A stretch of 64,000 bases of DNA from Mytilus trossulus (lineage: Eukaryota), in contig NC_086379.1 in assembly GCF_036588685.1 (NCBI RefSeq), forward strand, positions 35,650,001 to 35,714,000, given 5' to 3'. The position numbers and the translations under genes are program-made. Under the pieces are notes generated by a model that was given only the letters and a program-made list of their open reading frames with translations, searched no databases and was not told the DNA's origin. Below, in pieces: positions 49,901 through 61,935 of the stretch; position 1 is the first letter of the stretch, and every line of letters starts with the position of its first letter.

Positions 49901-52900
49901 AATGTAGAAGAGTCTAAATACAGCACAAACAACATTTTCCAAAAGACCAAAAAAGTATATTCAAACAAAACGCATTTGACTAACAGGTCGAACAACTGAT
50001 GTTCTTTAACCCTGCTGACTGCCATTGCCGATTGCCAAATAAAATGTCGCAAGATGTAACAAAATAAATCTTAATACAAATTAAATACTAAACATAAACC
50101 AAAAAACTTGTGGTCAAGATGTTATGCCACAAACATAAGGTGCCATTATTTTTTCAGGAGAACTTCCTTTATAACCGACTATACGGTATAGATTTTCCTC
50201 ATTTTTGAATGCCGTACATTTGATTTTGATGATTGCTGACATCCACTTCATTTAAATTTTAGTGGGTAGTTGTCTCATTGGTCACCATATAACATCTACA
50301 AATTTCTATATGTGAGAAAATACAACAAAAACACAGTTGGAATGCCATCTAATGCATTCGGCAAACAAAGGACTATGTTCACTAAGCACCCTGTCCCCCC
50401 CCCCCCCAAAAAAAAAATCATCTGTAATAATTGACTATCTGCAAGCTTCAAAATTCAATATTTCACTAATTCTGCATTTTTCAATTTTGGGTTCTCAATG
50501 CTCTTCAACTTTTTACTTGTTTGGCTTTATAACTATCTGAGCGTCACTAATGAGTCGCATGAAGACGAAACGCACTTCTGGCGTACTAAATCATAATCCT
50601 GGTACTAGTACCTTTGATAAATATTTCCACCACTGGGTTGATGCCACTGCTGGTGGACGTTTCATCCCCGAGGGTACCACCAGCCCAGTAGTTAGCACTT
50701 TTGTGTTGATATGAATATCAATTATATGGTCATTTTTTCCTGTTACAAAATTTTGAATTTTTCGAAAAAAAACTAAGGATTTTCTTATCCCAGGAATAGC
50801 TTACCTTAGCCGTATTTGGCACAACTCGTGTCAAGTGTACTGTGATTAAAACAGTGCAATTTCTGATTTGAATGACTGATAATTTATGGTCAACTACTTT
50901 CACACTAAATGTACAGAGAAATGATTACAAAAGAATACAGAAAAATTGTCGCCGATGCCATCTAGAAAACATTAAAAAAAAAAAAAAAAAAAGGGATTGT
51001 GAGGGTTTTTGTCAACGAATTGTACAGGGATAAATTTAAAACGAGCAACGAACTCAAAACATTTGTCGAAACGAACGGTGCAGTACGAGAAAACTTATTT
51101 ATTTAGTCACAGCTATTTCGTTTATTCTGAGTTCTAGACAGGATTTGAAGTCATGCAGTTATTCAACGTATAGTTATCTAGGTATTGATACGCAAAAAAC
51201 GTTTATGTATGAAAACATATTCAGCATTGTTTACCTAACAAAACGTAGGAAATCACATCATGCCTGCGTTTTTGGCGCATCTAGCAGTTGTATCAAATGT
51301 TTTATACAATATCTAAGACTTGCAACAATTGAATAAATAAACATGCACATTGACATATTGACATGTACTAAAATAAGTTGAATTATAAATTATTGTCATC
51401 CCTAATGTTGTCCTGATTAATGATTCGAACGCGTCAACGTCCGAATTCATTCGTATCGGGGTTAAACGGAATGATTTACTATGCAAATGATAGGAAGCTA
51501 TTGAATTATTCGATTGTAGAATCTTGTCAATTCGCAATACAGCTTTTATAGTTTTTCAACCACTCGCGATCGCTCAACATGGAAGCGGAAGTGACGACGC
51601 ACCTAAATGCACGAGTGACGTTCACTTAAACCAAAGTTTTTTACGGAAATGCATCGAACTCGAAAGTTATCTATTGTAACAGGATGCTGTTACGAATTAT
51701 CACAAGCAAAAATTCAATAATTCGGCATTCCCATGGTCGCCTGACATTAACTTTGCCGCAAACCGGTACAGTATAAATGGGTTTAATCTAGTCAAGTCAA
51801 AATTACAGTTCCTAAAGAACGAAAAAAAAACAAAAAATGTATATAAATGAATACATCTATGTCAGTACTACAAAAAATTACTTTTTACAGCAATTTTCAT
51901 AATTAGGCCAAACATTGAAAAACATTCGTGTATCTGCTTCTCCATAATTACAAGGAGTGGTTGGGATATATCCTTAATAAGATTTAAAATAATATTTCAT
52001 CATGAGTTACATTCACATTTTTATTAGTCTCTAAAGAAGCACTTCTGTCGGTAAGAAATTTCGTTTCGTTTTTATCGTCACAGAAAAAACTACTCCAAAT
52101 CCTTGGTGTTCTATCAGAACCAAATTATTTCCGTCTAGCACAAGAAATGTGCCTTTGTCTTGTCACAGCCTTTAAATTATTAATTTGGTAAAAACCAAAT
52201 ACAATATCTACTATTGATTACTTATCGATGCAAGAGTTTATTACACCATTTGCATGATCATAAAACATAGTTCCCCAACTTGTTGGCATGGTATTAGCTC
52301 AACCAACGATAAATGCGTCAAAAATTGAATCAGCAAATCGCAGAATGTTTTAAGTATATCCATTTGCATCGACTTTTAATACCACTGTTTTATGTCAATT
52401 TGGTTTTTATGGATACAGAAATATTCCAAATACAACTGTCTACTGTGACAAGAAATGAATAGTTTTGAAAAGATATCGCAATCATTGTAAAGGTTCTTTT
52501 GGTTTTGACAAGACGCTTCCAGTTTTATTTTACGACCATGATAGGAATCTGTTGTTTTTCACCTGGTTATAAAAACAGGTTCTCCTTCGTTTCGAATTTG
52601 CTGCAAAAGATCTTCGTATTTTAGAGTTGATATAAATATCTTACCTGCTTCCGAATCAACAGTTTCCTTAATAGTTATCAAAAGTACCAGGATTATAATT
52701 TAGTACGCTTGACGCGCGTTTCGTCTACATAAGACTCATCAGTGACGCTCATATCAAAATATTTATTAAGCCAAACAAATAAAAAGTTGAAAAGCATTGA
52801 GATTTTTTTTTACAAATCTGACGACTCTTCTAGAAATGGATTTCCAAACTAGTTCATCACTTTTCAAAGCCTTTGGAAATTTTTAAAGAAATCCTTTGTG

Positions 52901-55900
52901 TTTTCGTAGATTTGTCATGATGTCATTCATCTCTTGTATTTTCTACGTACAAAACAGACCATTCCCTCTGAATTTTTATAAGCCAGCTGATCTGCAGTTA
53001 CAATTGATGTTTCTTCGGTATTAACCAAACTGTCGCCTTATCCATCGAATACATGATCATTGCAACTGAATAGACGTGTTTTAGTGGCATCATAGAAGTT
53101 ACATCACTGAAGTTACACTTACTTAAACAGCTCTAGAAGAGCCTCGATTTTTTAAGAGTAATGAAAAGAACTACGATGTTTACCAGTATACTCTGGTAGT
53201 ACATGCACATCGCTTTTGATATCTAAATATAGTTTGCATACGCGCAAAATTGTTCGCATCATCCATGTGTATCTTTACCATGAACAATTTTATCATACCA
53301 ATTCATAATTATATCATTAAAAATAGAAAAGCACAAACAAATATAGTAAATAGTTTAAATGTTTTTGAATGAATTTTGTTACATTTTTACGAATGCGCAT
53401 ACCCTTGATATGTCAAATATTCATTTCTAGTAAATACGTCACATGTAAGGAAGGTAGCCACCAAAAGAAGAACAAAGAAAGTCTTCTAGAAAAAAACAGT
53501 ATTTTCAAGCCTAAAACAACCATTTTAGAAAAAGGCCGTGGCCCTCTTGATTTTTTTATTTTAATGGCTAGCAGTTTCTAAAAGGAATATGATAATATCA
53601 GATTATTACATGGCATTATTCATATCGCATGTATTATCAGCCCGAGGTTCAATATCAGCCCAAGAGCCGCATGGCTCGAGGGCTGATATTGACTGAGGCT
53701 GATAATACATGCGATATGAAAAATGACATGTTATGATCTTTTTATCATATGCTTCAACGATGGAGAAAAATCACAGATTCATATATTGATCCTTTTACGT
53801 GGTTCCCAAATAGATGTTCAAAGGGTGAAAAGTTCATGTTCATTCAATATGATATCTTTTTATCATATGCCTCAACAGAGAAGAAAAACATTAAAATTTT
53901 GACGAAACGACAAAAAAAATATATTCAGAAATATACATAATAAACACTGTTTGGAAAAGTCAACTTTTTTGTAAAGTAACTTTCTAAATTATGTTGGAAA
54001 CTTTTAAACGCATTATTTTATAATTTGATTTTTTTTTTGCTTTTGTTTTTTTTAAATTATTTTACAAAAAATACTTTTAAGTATGCAAATAGTTGTTTTG
54101 TACACTACTTTGTAATGTTTTTCAGTGAAAACGTAGCATTGAGTTGTATTTTCCGGAATTTGCCGAGTTTTACCGGAATGCCATGCGATAACATTACAGA
54201 AAGGCATGTGAAAACACTTGAAGCATGTGATAAACTTTTCATATCAGCCCGCTAAGCACCAGTTCGAAAAATATGGAATTCACGTTAATCTAATGCTATT
54301 ATCATACAGTAAAAATAATATGTTATTTAGTCTAAGTATATGATAATGATGCTTTGTGCTTATGCTCATGTTTGTATCATTATTTGCACAATTCCCTCGA
54401 TTTTGCTTGCTTATATCTTCCACTATTGGTAAAATAGCGATAAACAGATTACTTATGGTCTTCTCAATCGATTGCTTTTCTCGCAATCGCCGTTGAGATG
54501 ATCAACGATAATCTATAAATATCAAATAAATAGTTTGTAGTATCATGGAAGTATCACATTATACATCCATGGTAGTATCAAATTGATAATCTGTAATATC
54601 AAATATAAAATCCGTAATATCAAATTGATAATTGTTATATCAAATTGATAATCTGTTATATCTAATTGACAATGTGTTATATAAAATCAACAATTTGTTA
54701 TATCAAATTGGAAAAAGAAAACTAAAAGAGGGACGAAAAAAGATGGACGAAAGACACCAAAGGGACAGTCAAACTTATAAATCTAAAAGAAACTGACAAC
54801 GCCAAGGCTAAAAATAAAAAAAGACAAGCATACAAACAATAGTTCACATGACACAATATAGAAAACTATAGAAAACAACACGAACCCCACCAAAATTAGG
54901 GGGGGATCTCAGGTGCTCCGGAAGGGTAAGCAGATCCTGGCTCCACATGTGGCACCCGTCGTGTTGTTTATGTGACAAAAAACTCCGGTAAATAGTCTAA
55001 TTCAGTAGGTCAAATTCTTGAAAGGGAAGGGAATGTAGTTACGACGTAAGAGACATATCCGATATCATTTGAGAAACGGTTATTCCATAACGGTCAACCA
55101 ACTCGTGATGGCGTCCGTAAAATTTACGAAAGGATGATATCAACTTCACCACTTGGAACGCTTGGTTTAATAGCTTCCTTGTGAGCAGCAACCCTTTATC
55201 AAGAAAATCATGATAGGAAATACAAGCACGGGAATATCGTATCAATTGGGAGATATATACCCCGTATGCAGGTGCTCCTGGAATGTTGCTACTTAGAAAT
55301 GGAAAGTTTACAATTGGAAAGCTGAAATCGTCTCTATGGTCGTAAAGTTTTGTTTTCAACCGACCCTCATTGTCAATTTGCCGACTTAACTGTATCTGTA
55401 GTATCCTTTATCTCTAGTTTGATGGGATAGATGTGTTCCACATAGTCACCAAATTTTGAATTATTTAGTGAAAGAATATCATTAAATAGCGGAAAGTAGA
55501 GTTAAAGGATATTGCTAACTTCTTGTCTTTCTTCCGAAGAAGTTCCTGCATGAAGTCTGCCTCATAATAATACAGAAACAAGTCGGCAAGAAGGGAGGCA
55601 CAGTTTGTTCCCATTGGAATGCCGACAATCTGTTGAAAAACACGTCCTCCGAATGTTACAAAAAGTAAAATCACAAAAATACTGAACTCAGAGGAAAATC
55701 AATTTGGAAAGTCCATAGTCACATGGCAAAATCAAAAAACAAAACGCATCAAAAACGAATGGACAAGAACTGTCATATTCCAGACTTGGTACAGGCATTT
55801 TCAAATGTAGAAAATGGTGGATTAAACCTGGTTCTATAGCGCTTACCCTATCAAATTCCGCTACATTTAAATGATGTGTTAAATAAACAGTCACAATTAA

Positions 55901-56464
55901 CAAAATAGTCAAAATATGGGTACATCAGTCATCATCGTATAACAATTTTAAAAGGAACAATTTAATTGTCGTTCAATGTGCATACAAACAATTTTAAAAT
56001 TTACATAGGCAATGTACGCATACAGGGTTAAAAAATCAAAAGTATGTAAGAATAATTTACAGCAATAGACCGAGATTCAAACTAGTCCAAAAGTTATCCA
56101 TAAAATTTATGAGAATCCAAAACTTTTAAAAGGAACAATTTAACAGGACACAAAAACATCTACTATCTACAAACACATGGATTGATTTGAGTGTCTGACG
56201 TCAGAAATAAATATGTTGTCATTTGTTTGCCGTCCTATTCGGTTATGGAGTGTGCACATATTCTTTTAACCAAAGGAATACAGATAAAAAAAACCTGTAA
56301 GAAAACAACTGTTGATAAAGAAAAATGAAAAATACACAAGTATCTAGAAATTTGGACAAACTCACCCTGAGACATACTAAGCAGGGGTGATCACATTTTG
56401 TAGATGCATTCTCTGGACAAAACTCCTCAGACAATTTTTCCAAGTTACATATAACGCACGTCAT
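40943..56464 (-). CDS. RING-like Zn finger + ubiquitin-like domain + TerD domain protein, about 354 aa; join(56366..56464, 44556..44879, 40943..41584)
   Basis: Three phase-0 exons with GT-AG boundaries give a 1065-nt CDS. CVIC..CDHPCLVCLRC..KCPYPKC (RING-like); IITDLTGESIRIPL..MTINQLKDIIKERLGHEQNKQKLVFEGKDMQ|NEEAQLSSFGVTSNSKICLVV (Ubl); LYW..DFLDASCLMF..HSGD..TIDVHISKIPHDVTHLFFTLS..AVIMC..WK..G (TerD-like). Confidence 0.85.
41648..42975 (-). mobile_element. Inverted, more degraded copy of the 35591-36885 Helentron/HINE family (intronic in the TerD gene)
   Basis: Starts agaggctctcaagatcctgtttcgcccaccttggtctat, the reverse complement of 36843-36881; two internal units with gcagcaacccaa..ccatcttggtt. 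Confidence 0.85.
42742..42958. mobile_element. Tc1/mariner-type MITE with TA TSD, nested in the HINE
   Basis: TA|CCGTATAGCGGGTTATTTTCGCGGG ... CCCGCGAAAATAACCCGCTATACGG|TA; the host motif aactagata/..ccaatgatgatt is split by it. Confidence 0.9.
45312..49472. mobile_element. 4.2-kb non-autonomous TIR transposon with subterminal CGCTAAAGTGCGATG repeats
   Basis: TA|GGACTCTAAA(A)TGCGATGG...(acgctaaagtgcgatg)n on the left; (ccatcgcactttagcgt)n...TTTAGAGTCC|TA on the right. No transposase ORF seen. Confidence 0.85.
49616..49797 (+). mobile_element. tRNA-derived SINE-like element with a (TA)n tail
   Basis: A-box-like GGTGGTCGTGTGGTCTAGC, B-box GGGTTCGAATCCC, acceptor-like pairing GCCCA..TGGGT, followed by a body and (TA)n. 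Confidence 0.55.
50500..50825 (+). repeat. Hammerhead-bearing repeat with a degenerate core at 50541-50584; inverted copy at 52672-52800
   Basis: gcgtca-CTAATGA-gtcgcatgaagac-GAAA-cgcact-TC-tggcg; flanks match the reverse complement of 52672-52800. Confidence 0.7.
52705..52749 (-). ncRNA. Minimal type-I hammerhead ribozyme motif
   Basis: Minus strand cgtca-CTGATGA-gtc ttatgta gac-GAAA-cgcgc-GTC-aagcg. Core intact, stem III is the palindrome ACGCGCGT, and stem I has mismatches next to the cleavage site. Confidence 0.75.
53600..53740. repeat. Long hairpin-forming inverted repeat (Crypton-like non-autonomous end, tentative)
   Basis: tcatatcgcatgtattatcagcc..caatatcagccc..gagcc gcat ggctc..gggctgatattg..ggctgataatacatgcgatatga. 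Confidence 0.7.
54720..55665 (-). mobile_element. 3' fragment of a Penelope-like retroelement (Naiad-type; RT C-terminus with no downstream GIY-YIG) plus 3' UTR
   Basis: FGGRVFQQIVGIPMGTNCASLLADLFL..FRY; KTKLYDHRDDFSFPIVNFPFLSSNIP..AYGVYISQLIRYSRAC..KFYGRHHELV..; the ORF ends without an endonuclease. Confidence 0.85.
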
Positions 56465-57204
56465 GGTTTACTGATTCAAACCTGAAAATAAATAAATACT
56501 TTATAAGTTAAAGTTACATCTTGAATTGTAAAAATAATGAAGTAAATGATAAATAAATAGGCTAATATAATAATAATACTTTAGCGTATAAGGACCATTC
56601 TCAATGCATTATTAAGACATTTTTAGTTACATTTTTTGGTTGATCAGTTGTTATGAATTTTAACTAGTTATCAGTAATAGCGAGTATTTCATATTTATAC
56701 TTTCTGTAACTGTTGTTTTTGTTATTGCAGGAAAGTATGAAGAATGGATAAACACCCGCCACATCCGGTGTGTTTTTTGTTTGATTGGTGTTTTTCTTCT
56801 TGAATCAGTCTGATGAGTAAGGCATTTTTCAAATGATTTTTAGAGTTTGTTCTTATGTTGTGCTGTTACACCACTGCCCAAGAACGGGTGAGTTTATTTT
56901 TGTCCCACTTACAAACATGTTAATTCCACATTATTTTAGTGTCTGTCACAAGTTAGGAGCCTGTGGTTCAGTGGTGTTCGTTTGTTTAGATCTGTCATGC
57001 TATTTGTTTTTCGTAAATTGTTATGCTATATAATTAGGCTGTTAGTTTTCACAATCATATAACTGGAGAAATTTTTAATAGCCGACTATATGATATGTGT
57101 GTTCCTGATTGTTGAAAGTCATAAGGTTGCCTATAATAACTTAAATCCACTTGTTTGTAAATTTGGTAGATAGTTGTCATCATTTGCAAGCATACCATAT
57201 TTTC

Positions 57205-57993
57205 TAAATTGAAAACTACATTCCAACCTATGACTGCGTTGGATAAAAACTGCAATTTTTGTACGTTTGCATGTAAAACAATTTCGTTGTAGACGGGTCT
57301 AAAAACAGCACAAATAACATTTTTTAAACGATTAGTAAAAGTGAAAAAGTATATTTTTAACAAAACGCATTTGACTAACCGGTCGAACAACTGATGTTAT
57401 TAAACCTTGCTGACTGCCATTGGCGATTGCCAGCTAAAATTGAGAAAGGAAATGGGGAATGTGTCAAAGCGACAACAACCCGACCATAGAGCAGACAAAA
57501 GGTTACATCTGGGTCTTCAAATAAATTGATCACAAGATGCAACAAAATGGATCTTAATATAAATTTAATACTAAACAGAAAATAATAAACTTGCGGCAAA
57601 AATGTTTTACAACAAACATGAGGTGCAAAAATTTTTGCACACAAGATCCGGATTTCGACAATAAATGTCTCTTCAGTGATGTTCAGAATCGAAACGATAT
57701 TTAGATGGCCATATAATTTACCTCAATTTAGGATAGACTCTTGAATTCAAAGAGTCAAAATAGGATGACCGAATCATATAAACCGCAGGGAGAATATAAT
57801 ACAAGTCCAAACGAAAAAATGTAAACAAGTCTAAATTGAGACTACGTTCAAACCTATGATTAAGTTGGATAAAAACCGCGATTTTTATACGTGCGCATGT
57901 AAAACAAATTCATTTGTAGATGGGTCTTAATACAGCACATTGAAAAAGGGTAAAAGTATAATTTAACAAAACGTATTTGACTATTAGGTCGAA
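57205..57993 (-). repeat. ~550-bp tandem unit with one hammerhead per unit (retrozyme-like); continues at 61936-62325, further partial copy at about 49800-50145
   Basis: actacgttcaaacctatgattgcgttggataaa recurs at about 49815, 57213, 57841 and 62291; ctgccattggcgattgcc recurs at about 50019, 57414 and 61950. Confidence 0.75.
57639..57682 (-). ncRNA. Minimal type-I hammerhead ribozyme motif, near-intact
   Basis: Minus strand acatca-CTGAAGA-gaca tttat tgtc-GAAA-tccgg-ATC-ttgtgt; stem III is the palindrome ATCCGGAT. A degenerate sibling lies at 62088-62131. Confidence 0.8.
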
Positions 57994-60900
57994 ATATAAA
58001 GGCAACAGTACTATACCTCGGTTTCAAAATTCATAAATCGATTGAGGAAAAATAAAACAAATCAGGATTACGAAATGAAACTGAGGGAAATGCATCAAAT
58101 ATAAGAGGAAAATAACTACACAACAGAAACAAAACATTAAAATGTAACACAAACAGAAACGAACTATAATATAACAATGGCCATTTTCCTGACTTGTACA
58201 AGACATTTGAAAAAAAACCAATGCTGGGTTGGACCTGGTTTTGTGACATGCCAAACCTCCCGCTTTAATGGCAATGTTATATATAACAATAACATGACAA
58301 CATTACATGACAGGATTACAATACAAATACATAGGAAAAATATATAGGACAGAATAACATAGGAATAACAGCTAACAAAAGGTAACCTGGTTATAATTTA
58401 ATACACCAGATGTGCGTTTCGTGCACACAAGACTTACCAGTTACGCTCAGATAAAAAGATTCGAAAGCCAAAACAACTTCAAAGTTGAAGAGCACTGAAG
58501 ATCGAAAGTTTCCAAAAATTGTGTGACCAATACGGCTAAGACTTTTTGCCTGAAATAATTCATCTTTTTTTAAAACATTTTTTTTAAAATGACTATATGA
58601 TAGATGCACTTGATAAAACCGAAGTGGTGACTAACTGCAGAATAAAAACGAATACATTACATGAAACAACTTAAACTAGCACATAAAGTTAGCCAAGGTC
58701 ATCAACGAACTTGGTGACGTCACATTTGAATTTCTAAAAAGATTTCCCAAAAATAAGATAGAATAAGGATAGAATTCAAGATTAGATTTTTAAGACTGAA
58801 TAACTATTTATCAATAACTAAAATTACAATACTTATTTATATCAAATTGTGGTAGTTATTAGATAATTAAATATATCATCTAATATTGATAAATGAACTA
58901 AATGATTACTAGTTATTATATTTACCATAACACACAAATACAACAGAAAAAAATAAGATTTATAACTACAAACGTTAAGACATTTGACAAAATCCGATGA
59001 GAATAAATAATATAACATCAAAACTGAATACATGAATTTGGGATGGAAAAAGTACTGTCGCACGTCTTATAGCAATGCGATTTCACACTCAGCAAAACAG
59101 TCACAATCAGGAATTATTTACGTTCGGTAATTAAAAGATCAGACGACGTAATGACAAACCATAATCTAATACGTGGAAAAAATGTCCATAGTAAGTTTGG
59201 ACAAGGACACATAATATGGATCAACCAATTCGTGATGGTGTCCGTAAAATTCAGGAGTGTCATTTTTAACTGTGCTCTTCATAACTTTGTAGGAGCAGTT
59301 TCTGCGTTAGGAGCATAGAGTGTGAACATGCTTAAGAATAACGTATCAATTAAGATATGTAAACACCACACGAAAGGACAGAGGGTATGTTAAAACTAAT
59401 AAGTAGGAAATTGATAATTAGGAAGTTGAAATTGTCCTGTTTATCATAAATTGTCATGTGAAGTCGTCCATCTGTGTCAATATTAAGGAAAATATAAAGG
59501 TATGAAACAGTCCTTCTGGTATCTGTAGTATCTTTAATTTCAAGTTCACTGGGATATATATGAGATGAAAGTATTGGCTGATATATGGCTTGTTCAATGT
59601 TTAAAGAATTGCGTAAGGTGCTTTGAAATTCCCTCTTTGTCTTTTAGAAGGTTTTGAATGAACTCTACTTTATACGAGGACAATAACAAATCGGCCAGTA
59701 AGGATGCACTTTAGTACATATTAGTATCCATATGAATACAGACTGTCTGTTGAAATAAGAATCCTCCAAGCTGAACAAACATATTATCGATCAAACAGTT
59801 CGTCATTTTGATAACATCAAACATTCATGTGTTTTTTCACAACTTATGAATTATTGTAACTCAAAACAAGAAATTTGTATCTACGAGTACAATTTTTTTT
59901 TTATAGAAAAAGCTCTGTTTGATGAGATGATGACGTCGCGCTTTCAAGTGAGCATTGGGGAATAGTAGTGTAAAGCGTAGAAAAATCAGAAGTCTATATG
60001 TTAGTGCAAATTGCAAAGATTGTGCAGTATATCTTTCGAATTTTTGAGAATCCACATCCGGTAAATACCACTGGTAGAATATATCTCATCAAAATATTTT
60101 TGAAGCCCATCTTTAACTTTAGAAAGAATTATAGTCAGTATTTTTGAAATTTGTTTAGTCGAACATTTTATGATCCAGCTACATATCGTTCTTTATATGG
60201 AGTTTTGTGTAGTAACGATGGTCAATTTTCTTCACGCTATTTATTCCAAGCTCTGAGTGTGTGAGCCATTGCAAATAATGGTTTTTAGAGGCTTTATCTG
60301 CTTGAACAACGACAAAGAGGACAAAGCATCAACAACATCCGGATTCTCGAAAGGGTCAGTAACTCTTCTGCTAATAGTACAGCACAGTTTTTGAATGCGC
60401 TTCTTAATGCATTTTCGAATAGCTTTGATCCATTCATACAAAGTGTTCAGTTCTAGTGCGTCTGGTTCGCGCTTTACACATTTTCTTGCATAGTCCTCAA
60501 CTGCATCCATCGGTAGCTTGAAGTTCTTTTCCAGTTGATGGGCTGGGGAATTCTATATTTTGGTCCCTTGGCTAACAACTCTCGTAGCTGTTCATTGGTA
60601 ACAATGCCAAGGTCACCAGTGGTAGTATGACCAACTGGACTATAATTGTATTGTGACGATGTACATGAGCAATCCAGAGGCTTGGATTGCACATTTTTGA
60701 GTTTAAAGGCCTCTAAAACCTTCTTGTGGTTGAAAATCTTGGTTTCAAAAAACTTTGTGTAAGTATGAGAAATAACAGGTGTAGCTTTAATTTGGAAATA
60801 ATCAGGTATAGTTTTTTTGTACAATTTTTTTTATGGAAAATATTGCTAATAGTTATCGCATCTAAAACTTTATTGGCGAATTCTACCTTAAAAATACGCT

Positions 60901-61935
60901 TTAAATCATTTTTTATGCAGCCGATACAGATTTGAATAGTCTATGGTTAGCAATGTTTATGATTAATCTATCAATCTGAAAACAGAACGAAAATCAGTAA
61001 CGGAAGTATTTTAGGCCTCTTGAATTAATAAAAAAAAGTTTTGACAATAGAATGGAATATAATTTAGGTCTGATATGATGAATGTCTTAAGGTTTTTGAA
61101 CAGACGGTAACAGACTACCCATTGTCACGATGTGCGCAGTAGGCGGTATATATTTTCTTTGAACACGACTTCAATTTCGTCGAGCAGAAATATTTAACAA
61201 TTGTAATGTAATGAGTGTACTTCACCTGGGACTAGACCAAATACATCCACCATAAACTTTGTCATTGCATCCATAGAAAATGGATGTTCCCAACTCTCTT
61301 ATCCAAAATTCGTCTCTTTGTAAACGATATGATGGATTATTTGTTGAATAAGATATTTTTTCTTTAATCTGGACTTTCATTGAAACAATAGAATGGTCGT
61401 GCTATTTGAAATGTTTACAGAGAAATTTGTTGTTACTAGGATAATTAAAATTAGACTGATGATCATTCATTCTGAAATTGAGTCTTTGTCGAGTTTCCAC
61501 AACGTAGACCAATTCTCAAAGAGTATATTCAATACCGTACACACTATTGGAAGCAGTGCAATTCAAATCCTCATGTATTGTAACTTTTGGTGGTTAAATT
61601 ACTGTGAAAGTGGGTATTAGTATATCACATACAGGTTTTAAATTTTATACGGTGACATTAAGTAATAGAGCAATATTAGTGGTTGTCATTGCAATCTAAA
61701 ATATCTGAAAGTTGAACAGTACCTGAACTTTTATAGTACAATGAGGATACAGAAAACTGAAGGAAATGCATCAAATATAAGAGGGAAACTACGACACAAC
61801 AGAAACATAACATTAAAATGCAACACACACAAAAACGAACTATAATATAACAATGGCAATTTCCCTGACTTGGAACAAGACACTTTAAGATAGAAATGGT
61901 GGGTTGAGCTTGGTTTCGTGACATGCAAAACCTTC
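57994..61935 (-). mobile_element. Degraded, near-full-length Naiad-type Penelope-like retroelement (N-terminal GIY-YIG then RT), bounded by direct repeats (58070-58260 and 61740-61932)
   Basis: Minus-strand relic ORF about 61640 to 59200: LNCTASNSVYGIEYTL*ELVYVVETRQRLNFRMNDH..HF..DHSI..FWIRELGT..YGCND (GIY-YIG); CSCTSSQYNYSPVGHTTTGDL..LAKGPKYRIP; RT relics IDNMFVQLGGFLFQQTV..LLADLLL, ELEIKDTTDT, FYGHHHELVD. Degenerate hammerhead at 58403-58446. Confidence 0.8.

Noticed and set aside
56808-56840. CTGATGA as another hammerhead or C/D box RNA (also on the reverse strand near 10760)
   Set aside because: No GAAA core after stem II and no intact CTGA D box in either copy.
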